Of a stretch of 25,587 nt of DNA, positions 7,232-14,361 are shown one piece after another. A program made the position numbers and the translations under genes. Positions within the stretch are counted from its first letter, which is position 1. Every line of letters begins with the position of its first letter. This stretch comes from Phycisphaerales bacterium (GTDB lineage Bacteria; Planctomycetota; Phycisphaerae; WQYP01), in contig DAIDJN010000010.1 in assembly GCA_027451365.1 (NCBI GenBank), positions 1 through 25,587 of the forward strand, read 5' to 3'. The notes beneath the pieces are model-generated. The model had not been told where the DNA came from, did not search any database, and saw only the letters and a program-made list of their open reading frames with translations.

Positions 7232-9672
7232 TTTCCAGCCCCCTTGAAAATAAACCGCTCGAGCACAGGTCCCCCGGGGTAAAGTTCAACCCGGAAGGTA
7301 ATGCTTTTCAGAGATTTTAAACGATTCAGGCAGGTGGCAACATTAAGTTCCTCATCTCTTAAACGCGCTAAGTTTGGTTTGTGTCGAGCCCTTCTGATTT
7401 GAAGTAGTCGCAAAATCGCTGTTTTTTTCGATTTTGTAATGTGTTTCTTATTATCGATTTCGATTTCCGTTTTGATGGAATTTAAAAGCCTTTTCTCTTT
7501 TTCGATTTGTTGTTCCAGTTCATTTTCTCGCGACTTGAGCTTTTCGGCAAGTTGCCTGTAATTATTGTGGATAAATCCATCCGATGTAACCCAGAACTTG
7601 AGCGTCTCTTTTTTTTCGGATTGTTTAAGTCGGATTAAAAATGACTGCTTGTCTGCTTCGGAAAAGGCATAGCTCTTCATGTTCGAAGGTCGCAGAGATT
7701 CTTTTACCAAGCGAATGTTCGGAAATAAATTTCCACTTGGTAAACCTCCTTGCGGCCCTATATGGTTTGCAGACGGGGATTTATTATTAAGCTGGACAAT
7801 TTTCGGGGGATTCAGTCGATCAGGGGCCTCCGGGCCGGTAAGGAATTGGAGGCGATCGGTTTGGCCGTGATTCAAATGAAAATCAATAACCATTCGTCTT
7901 AAATAGCGAAGCCCTGTCTCGCTTCGTTGGCCGATCTGTTGGATCACAATCGATCTCCCGCTTTCCGGCATCTGAATGAGGGCAAGATTGGCGTACTTCT
8001 TAGACCCAACCAGTAAAAGTCCGGCGCCCGAGTCCCCACTCTTGGCCCAACGCACGTAAATCGACTCGCCGGGCTGCATTTTAATGTTATACAGTTTGCC
8101 ATCGCCATTAACGTCGATTTTTGCATCTGCGCCCGCCAGCGAAAAATTCCCAACATCGGTTGGCACGGGAGGGAACCTGACCAGCAAATTTGTGGCGCCT
8201 TGCGTCGAAATGGGACTTAAGGGCCGGTCGCGGGTTTCCAGCCCGGCAGCTGGGGGCGAGGCGAAAACTGTTGGGAGATTATGTATTGAAAGCGATTCTT
8301 TATTTGTACTAGGAATTGGCCTTGTTGATGGAGCTTTTCCAGTTGTTTTATTGGGCGTGGATTCGACGAGAGGCGTATGCTTAGTTGTATGAGCGTGATC
8401 GGTATTGACAGAATTTTTAGTTGTGGCTGGCGCGGTATTGACAGCAAGGTTGGCTGACCCAGTTGACCTGGTTGTTACATGCTTAGTCTTCAATTTTAAT
8501 TCTTTCTTTTTCGCTGAAATTGGTGGACTGACTATTACCATCGCTTGGTGCAGCTGGGCCAGGGATCGCAACATTTTGGGTGCGAGCAGTAAACCGATGA
8601 CCAGAATGATAATCAACGCCACGGATCCCAAAACCGTGGGCAAAACCCAGCGCCGTTTTCGTCTTGGGTATTGGTCATTGCCTGATTCATCCAGATTAGA
8701 TAGCGGGGAATAGCCGGTTGCGGCTTGATCCGGTTGCGGTACAGGTGCGAGATCGAAAATCTCCGGCTCGGCAATCATGGCGATGCCGGGCTTGGGTATT
8801 GGTACTTTTGGCAAAGAACCTGCGAGTGCTGAATCTTCACGGTTGACAACGGAAATGCGCAATTGCGATATATCAATCAAGGTGCCACCGCGGGCGGCTT
8901 GATGGCATGGGCCGTCGGGGGCTTGAGGCTTTGGGCGGGTCAAGTCAAGAATGGACTTCCGGTCAAGGTCGCCCTCTGTCGCTGGGTTGCCGGCAATTAC
9001 GCCCCGCCAATGGCACTTGATACCGGCTACGGGCAATCCAGTAAAATAAGTGCTGAAGGCGATCCGCCAGCGCGCTTCCGGCGGCAACAGAGCCAGCACC
9101 TCGGCAAACAAATCCAGCATTGGCGTACCTGGATTGCAAAGAATATGCACCGGCGCTTCCGGCTGGTCACAAAACCGCTGGAGTAAATCGCCGGCCCAAC
9201 CTGCGTCACCGGTGACACGTTCCCAGACGGTACAACGGGCGGGCGCGGAGTCGCCTTTTGGGATTGGGGTGGAATTATCAATCCAGCGCGACTCGCCGCT
9301 CCAGCCTTCCAACATCAGGCCTGGTTTTTGTAATAGCCATGCCGGACCAGCTGCGGCCAACTCGGCTGTATCCAGCACTATGAAATGGGCTAGCTTATTT
9401 GTACGCCCGGTGTAGTCGGCGGGAGCCGAACTGATTCGGGCTATTACCCGCACCAGACGCCCGCGATCGGGAACAAGGTAGTGGCAGAAATTGACGGGAT
9501 TTTGGCCATAATTGGCGTGACCAGCCATAAATAAATGACGATAGCCACTTAAGGATTCCAATACGGTGCCGAGGCTGGGTGACATTTGTCGGGACATGGC
9601 GACGGTGCAGAAGCCGAGGCTGCCCGGCTTAAGCCCCTTCCGGGCAGACGTATAAATAAGTTCCAGTCCCAT
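7228..9672 (-). CDS. GAP1-N2/GAP1-M-like (GTPase-associated protein 1) domain protein with TM helix, Thr/Ser/Pro linker and extracytoplasmic C-terminal domain
   Basis: N-terminus ELIYTSARKGL..G..GFCTVA...LESLSGYR...DYTGRTNKLAHF and LLPPEARWRIAFSTY match my recollection of GAP1-N2 and GAP1-M motifs. It lies directly downstream of a GTPase. TM at aa342-364 follows RRKRR. Confidence 0.75.
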   Translation of the reverse strand: MGLELIYTSARKGLKPGSLGFCTVAMSRQMSPSLGTVLESLSGYRHLFMAGHANYGQNPVNFCHYLVPDRGRLVRVIARISSAPADYTGRTNKLAHFIVLDTAELAAAGPAWLLQKPGLMLEGWSGESRWIDNSTPIPKGDSAPARCTVWERVTGDAGWAGDLLQRFCDQPEAPVHILCNPGTPMLDLFAEVLALLPPEARWRIAFSTYFTGLPVAGIKCHWRGVIAGNPATEGDLDRKSILDLTRPKPQAPDGPCHQAARGGTLIDISQLRISVVNREDSALAGSLPKVPIPKPGIAMIAEPEIFDLAPVPQPDQAATGYSPLSNLDESGNDQYPRRKRRWVLPTVLGSVALIIILVIGLLLAPKMLRSLAQLHQAMVIVSPPISAKKKELKLKTKHVTTRSTGSANLAVNTAPATTKNSVNTDHAHTTKHTPLVESTPNKTTGKAPSTRPIPSTNKESLSIHNLPTVFASPPAAGLETRDRPLSPISTQGATNLLVRFPPVPTDVGNFSLAGADAKIDVNGDGKLYNIKMQPGESIYVRWAKSGDSGAGLLLVGSKKYANLALIQMPESGRSIVIQQIGQRSETGLRYLRRMVIDFHLNHGQTDRLQFLTGPEAPDRLNPPKIVQLNNKSPSANHIGPQGGLPSGNLFPNIRLVKESLRPSNMKSYAFSEADKQSFLIRLKQSEKKETLKFWVTSDGFIHNNYRQLAEKLKSRENELEQQIEKEKRLLNSIKTEIEIDNKKHITKSKKTAILRLLQIRRARHKPNLARLRDEELNVATCLNRLKSLKSITFRVELYPGGPVLERFIFKGAGK

Positions 9673-9720
9673 GCTTTTCCCGTTCTAATTCCCATTCCAC
9701 GTCGCGACCGAACGGCGTTG

Positions 9721-11013
9721 TTATAGAACCAGTTGGCTGGTGGTCCATTGTGACAGTCCATACAAAACCGGGACGGTAACCCAATGTGGCCTGATATCTC
9801 GCGGACGGATGGCCAATAAATTCGCATCACTCGGATGTGGTTCTGGGGCATGCCCCAAGGAACTGATGGGGACGTAAATAACTACCTTGGATACGGATTC
9901 GGCCGTTGACACAATTTCCGGCGTTAGCGTCACAAGCAATTGTCGTACCTTGGAGGATACCCGATTGATGCGGGCTATATCTACCTTTGCATTGTCCAGC
10001 CCGGAATCGGACAAATGAGGCTCCGCCATGATGTCCTCGTCAATCAGGGGGGCCCAGATATCTGATTTGCTTACGCATATCACCAAGGGGCGATCTGATC
10101 TTGTTTGGGGGCCAAGGCCACCGTAACGTCGCATTCGCCCGGCGGCTTCGTTCAGGAGCGACTCCTGCCGCAGCGTTTTCCGGCCGACCTTAATTTGCGG
10201 GTCAGTGCTAAACGCACCGCATTTGGCTCTTACACGCGGGTCTTGGGTGGGATCAAATAAAAATAGAATCAGTTGTGCCTTGCCAAGATGCTGGGTGACC
10301 GGTCGGTCCGGTGTGTCCGCGCCAGGCAGGTAGCTTTCACCTGCGTTGTCATATACGCACACGACACGCGAATAATCAGCGGTATACGGAAACCGAGGGT
10401 GGGATGGAGTCGGTTTAAGCGAAAAAAGAAAAGGCCTGGTATACGCGGTGCTCTGACCGCCTATTTTTACCACATCATATATCTCCCCTTGTTCTTCCGT
10501 CTTGGCAATGTAGGTAAGCGCATCGGGGTCGGCAGCAAGAAAAAGCTGTTCCTCATAGCCGTTGAGAAGGTTATTGGCGGCGGCATCGATATCGGACCAT
10601 GCCAAGGAGAATTTGGCGGGAAGGGTTCGTCGCAATTCCCAGACCATGGCGGCAAGGAAATTGGATTTTCCACTGCCGGGGCCACCAATGACGGAAATGA
10701 AGAGTGGTGTGTTCTCAATGACCTCGCGCGGCAGTGGCAGGTGGCATCTCGGGCAGGCCAGGCGGTGGCAAATCGTTCCATTTGCGTCCAGTGCCTGCCC
10801 TTGCGGCGTGAAGCGGCTGGGCAGAAAACGTGAGGGGTGGTCTTGGCCGAGAATGGGGTCACCTATCAGGGCCGGGTGGGAGCTGATCCAGAGAATGTCT
10901 TCAGGGTGGGCGATGTGCCAACAATGCGGACAGGTAATCTTGGATCGCAATCGAATGACAGATGCTGTGTTCGTTCGCCCGCCGTGAGCCCGCCCATCTG
11001 CGCCGTGTGTCAT
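9721..11013 (-). CDS. TRAFAC-class P-loop GTPase (DO-GTPase2-like) with N-terminal split zinc ribbon
   Basis: G1 GGPGSGKS, candidate G2 Thr (AKT), G3 DNAGE, G4 SKSD, G5-like PISSLG. N-terminal CPHC...CPRC. GGAG RBS 7 nt upstream of the ATG. Confidence 0.85.
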   Translation of the reverse strand: MTHGADGRAHGGRTNTASVIRLRSKITCPHCWHIAHPEDILWISSHPALIGDPILGQDHPSRFLPSRFTPQGQALDANGTICHRLACPRCHLPLPREVIENTPLFISVIGGPGSGKSNFLAAMVWELRRTLPAKFSLAWSDIDAAANNLLNGYEEQLFLAADPDALTYIAKTEEQGEIYDVVKIGGQSTAYTRPFLFSLKPTPSHPRFPYTADYSRVVCVYDNAGESYLPGADTPDRPVTQHLGKAQLILFLFDPTQDPRVRAKCGAFSTDPQIKVGRKTLRQESLLNEAAGRMRRYGGLGPQTRSDRPLVICVSKSDIWAPLIDEDIMAEPHLSDSGLDNAKVDIARINRVSSKVRQLLVTLTPEIVSTAESVSKVVIYVPISSLGHAPEPHPSDANLLAIRPRDIRPHWVTVPVLYGLSQWTTSQLVL

Positions 11014-11149
11014 TGAAAATCTCCATTCCCTCGCTGGCCGTAACAGGCAAACATTACCTGATCCGATTCGCGGTAGGAAGGGTAAACCGGAGCTGCCAAT
11101 ATCGTGAGCCGCTCCCGCATTTCCTCAAAAAGCCGTAATATGTCGGCAA

Positions 11150-11178
11150 AGGATATAGCGATGGGCGGCAAAAATCAA
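11150..11178 (-). promoter_or_regulatory. Putative sigma70 promoter for the GTPase operon
   Basis: Minus strand TTGATT-17 nt-TATCCT. Confidence 0.4.
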
Positions 11179-11225
11179 TGGAACCATTCAGTTTTTCCCG
11201 CGCGGGTGAATTCTTGCACCGAACA

Positions 11226-11253
11226 TTGACAATGAATCTGGTTATCATATTCT
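11226..11253 (+). promoter_or_regulatory. Putative sigma70 promoter for the ZnF/ExbB/ExbD operon
   Basis: TTGACA (consensus -35)-16 nt-TATTCT, 48 nt upstream of ATG 11302. Confidence 0.55.
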
Positions 11254-11301
11254 TATATGAAAATCTATAACCCCGCATAAAAATTCGGACAGGGGATTGA
11301 A

Positions 11302-12414
11302 ATGTCAATTACGGTTGTCTGCCATCGATGTGGAACGCTGACGGATGCGCCTGAATCTTCCGCGGGTAAGCAATACAAATGCGGTCATTGCGGAAATGCG
11401 ATTCAGGTGGCTGGGAGCGCTGGCCAATCGTGCAGCGTCTGCCAGGTCTATGTCTCACCAACCGAGGGTGTCAGAGATGCGGCGGGTAGCCTTTATTGCG
11501 CGAAGTGTCAGGCAACCAACCGACCTCCCGAAGATGAAGTGGTGTCCGTGGGGCAAACCGGCGCAGCCGGGGGGCCCGGCCCGTCAGGTGAATTAGCAGC
11601 CTGTGTGGTATGCAGGGCGATTACTGCGCGAATGAATCTTTGTAATTTTGACGGACAATTGGTATGCAGCAAATGTGCGATCGAGGCGGGTTTGGGCACG
11701 ATGTCCTATCGAATTAAAAAATTGCGACGCGGCGCGGGGGCTATTATTTACCGGTGCCCGAAATGCAAGGGCGAGTTGGAATCCAGTTTGGACGAGGCGG
11801 GTAAGGAAGATGGCTGCCCCCGGTGTGGGCAGTTATTTGATGTTCCGGGGCGTTACGAATCGTTCAAGGCCGCCAACACTGCACGGGCCGATGATTCAGC
11901 GAAGACGGCATCGGTGAGGGCGGTTCGCGGAATTCCCAGCGGTGAAAAAAAATGGATTGTGATGGGGGCAATATTGGGTTTCGCGGTTCTAGTGCTGGTG
12001 GTGGCAGTCCTTTTTTTATTGATGCGCGAGGGTAAATCGTCTGCAATAGCTAAGCCGGCGACTGCCGGGGCTGCATCCGCTACGCAGAATGGGGTTGCCA
12101 AGGCACCCAAGGCGAAGGCTGCCGCAACAACCCAGCCACGCACGACAGCGGCTGCGCGCGCTGCGGCAATGGCTAAGGCCAAAGCCGCGGCCGCAGCAGC
12201 AAAACTCGCTGCCGCGATGGCAGCGATGGCTAAGGCTAAAGCTGCAGTAGCTGCGGCACACGCAAACGCTAGGAAGGCGGCAGCTTTGGCGGCTAAGGCT
12301 AGGGCTTCGGCCGAGAACGCGGCCGGCGGTGGAGGGACAGCCGCGGCAGCTGCATCAACTCCGGCGGACCAGCAGGGCCGCAAGGCCGCGTTACCGCAAC
12401 CAGAGCCGAACTAG
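11302..12414 (+). CDS. Four-zinc-finger bitopic membrane protein with TolA-like Ala/Lys-rich helical tail
   Basis: Eight CxxC motifs form four pairs (aa7-30, 44-69, 101-125, 152-175). TM at aa218-241. The tail contains AAAMAKAKAAAAAAKLAAAMAAMAKAKAA. Confidence 0.8.
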   Translation: MSITVVCHRCGTLTDAPESSAGKQYKCGHCGNAIQVAGSAGQSCSVCQVYVSPTEGVRDAAGSLYCAKCQATNRPPEDEVVSVGQTGAAGGPGPSGELAACVVCRAITARMNLCNFDGQLVCSKCAIEAGLGTMSYRIKKLRRGAGAIIYRCPKCKGELESSLDEAGKEDGCPRCGQLFDVPGRYESFKAANTARADDSAKTASVRAVRGIPSGEKKWIVMGAILGFAVLVLVVAVLFLLMREGKSSAIAKPATAGAASATQNGVAKAPKAKAAATTQPRTTAAARAAAMAKAKAAAAAAKLAAAMAAMAKAKAAVAAAHANARKAAALAAKARASAENAAGGGGTAAAAASTPADQQGRKAALPQPEPN

Positions 12415-12483
12415 TCAACGGGAAACATTGTTTAATAATCCTGTTATGAGAAACAGTTGTTGGCCAATATTTTGGAGCATGGG

Positions 12484-13509
12484 ATGGAATTTGCAACCTG
12501 TAAGACATGTGGGAATGAGCTTAGAATCGATGCGGAAACCAAGGCGGCGCGCTGTGACATTTGTGATGGGCCAATAATGCCTAAACGCAACAACGGTATG
12601 TTTGCCGATCGTATGGGGATACTGGCCCTTGGACTTGGCGTTGCATCCGCTGGAATATTCATCGGGTTAGCCCCGATCCTGCTTCCGCCGGAGTCTGCCT
12701 TGTATTATCTGTTTTTCAATCATGGGTGGGTGCCCTATGTGTGTATCTTGCTGTTTTTCGCAGCGTTCTGGATGCTCATGCTGAAATTCCCGGTTATCAA
12801 TCAGGAATTCCGAATTTTTGAATTGGATTTGCTTCCGTTGGAGCATAATCTGGTCATTGACGCGGCCATGAGTCGAAAGATACTGGCTCGGATCAATCGC
12901 CTGGAACCGAAGCAAAAAAAACGAATCCTGGTATCACGTATTCGCCAGGCATTGATGCGATTTAACCAACTTGGGACCGCCGAGAAACTTGATGATCTGC
13001 TTCGCTACCGTGCGGAAACCGATCTGGCCGCCATGGAATCCAGCTATGCGGCCCCCCGCTTCATCATCTGGGCAATTCCGGTATTGGGATTTGTGGGAAC
13101 GGTTATGGGGATCAGCGCGGGAGTGCAAAATTTCAGCACGCTTATTCAGAACGCTTCCAACCTTTCCGGATTGCGTCATTCTCTCAAGGGTGTCACGTAT
13201 GGTCTGGGCCAGGCGTTTCAGACCACCATGCTGGCGCTGACCATGAGTTTGATTCTTATGCTTATTATGAGTATTGCCCAGCGTCGGGAAGATCATCTTT
13301 TAGCCACCATAGACGAATACTGCGCGGAAAACCTGTTGCAAAAAGCCACACTTGGGTTCGACCAGCCAACCGCGGATGACAATCGGCGTTTGTTGCAGAG
13401 CGTACAAAAGCTGTTGGAACGCCTTGCCGGGCAAACTGTTGAGGTCACGCCGGATACGGGCCTAGGGGGAAAGACAGCCACGGTGGCATCGGAAAGGTCC
13501 GGGAGTTGA
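12484..13509 (+). CDS. MotA/TolQ/ExbB proton-channel family protein with N-terminal zinc ribbon
   Basis: Start moved to ATG 12484, which has GGAG 6 nt upstream. CKTC-x14-CDIC. The signature IPVLGFVGTVMGI resembles TolQ/ExbB PxxGLxGTVxGI. Last TM is LGQAFQTTMLALTMSL. Confidence 0.9.
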   Translation: MEFATCKTCGNELRIDAETKAARCDICDGPIMPKRNNGMFADRMGILALGLGVASAGIFIGLAPILLPPESALYYLFFNHGWVPYVCILLFFAAFWMLMLKFPVINQEFRIFELDLLPLEHNLVIDAAMSRKILARINRLEPKQKKRILVSRIRQALMRFNQLGTAEKLDDLLRYRAETDLAAMESSYAAPRFIIWAIPVLGFVGTVMGISAGVQNFSTLIQNASNLSGLRHSLKGVTYGLGQAFQTTMLALTMSLILMLIMSIAQRREDHLLATIDEYCAENLLQKATLGFDQPTADDNRRLLQSVQKLLERLAGQTVEVTPDTGLGGKTATVASERSGS

Positions 13510-13512
13510 AAA

Positions 13513-14361
13513 ATGGGTAGCCGAAGACGCGCACGCCAGGTGGAAATATTCAATTTTTCCTTTCTGGATATATTGGCCTGCACGATTGGCTTGCTTATCT
13601 TTATCCTTGTAATGATTTTTCTTCTGCAATCTTCCACCCGATTAACGGACTACAAGAAGATTATTCAAAACAAGATGAAAGTCGTAAGAGAAATCCAACG
13701 TGAGACTCAAAGTGCGACTGTTATTGAACAATCAATGAAGGCTCAACTTTCCAAGATGAAGGACGCCCGCGATCCGAAACTGTTGCGATTGCTGCGAAAC
13801 GCTCGGCAAAATATGATGCTGGCCAGAGAGAATTCGGAGGTCAAGGTCAGCGAATTATCCAATCTGGATGCGGAAATTGAATCCCAGCAGGCGGTTTATA
13901 GCCAGGAAACAGTCGTCACGCTGAAGAACCTGCAACAATCACTTACGGCCGCGACGCAAAAATTGGCTCGCTTGCGGCAGCGGGAATTGGCCGAAAAGAC
14001 AAATGATTTTACTTCTCATATGTTTGTCAGGCTGGCGAAAGGCAAGACCGGGGGCGTCTATACTATCATGAACGTTTTGTGCGCTGCGAACGGATTGAGT
14101 GTTCTTAAGGTGGATAAATTAGGCAAGGCAAGCATAGCGTCTGTGACTGATCCCGCGAGCATCGGAGATAACGACTCAGCATTTCAGCAGGCCTTGGTGG
14201 CGCTGCGATCGCACCGAAGGCCATTGGTCATATTTTGGATCAATACGGGCGGGATTAGCGCGTTCCGTCAGGCTAAAGACGATATCCCAAGTGGTATCAA
14301 ATATGGATATGAGCCTGCACTGCACCATTTTAAGTATAGAATTCATTCGGAGGGAAAATAA
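13513..14361 (+). CDS. ExbD/TolR/MotB-like subunit 1 (TM with conserved Asp, coiled coil, C-terminal alpha/beta domain)
   Basis: Basic N-terminus, then EIFNFSFLDILACTIGLLIFILVMI with Asp at the position expected for ExbD/TolR. Starts 3 nt after the ExbB-like gene. Heptad-rich middle region. Confidence 0.75.
   Translation: MGSRRRARQVEIFNFSFLDILACTIGLLIFILVMIFLLQSSTRLTDYKKIIQNKMKVVREIQRETQSATVIEQSMKAQLSKMKDARDPKLLRLLRNARQNMMLARENSEVKVSELSNLDAEIESQQAVYSQETVVTLKNLQQSLTAATQKLARLRQRELAEKTNDFTSHMFVRLAKGKTGGVYTIMNVLCAANGLSVLKVDKLGKASIASVTDPASIGDNDSAFQQALVALRSHRRPLVIFWINTGGISAFRQAKDDIPSGIKYGYEPALHHFKYRIHSEGK

Noticed and set aside
9721..11013. ABC/AAA ATPase or MglA ortholog
   Set aside because: DxxG and xKxD motifs indicate a GTPase, and the 430-aa size with a Zn ribbon does not match ~195-aa MglA. 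The Myxococcus comparison is an analogy only.
11853..12383. 176-aa Ala-rich minus-strand ORF
   Set aside because: It is the antisense shadow of the GCN-rich Ala/Lys tail of the plus-strand gene.
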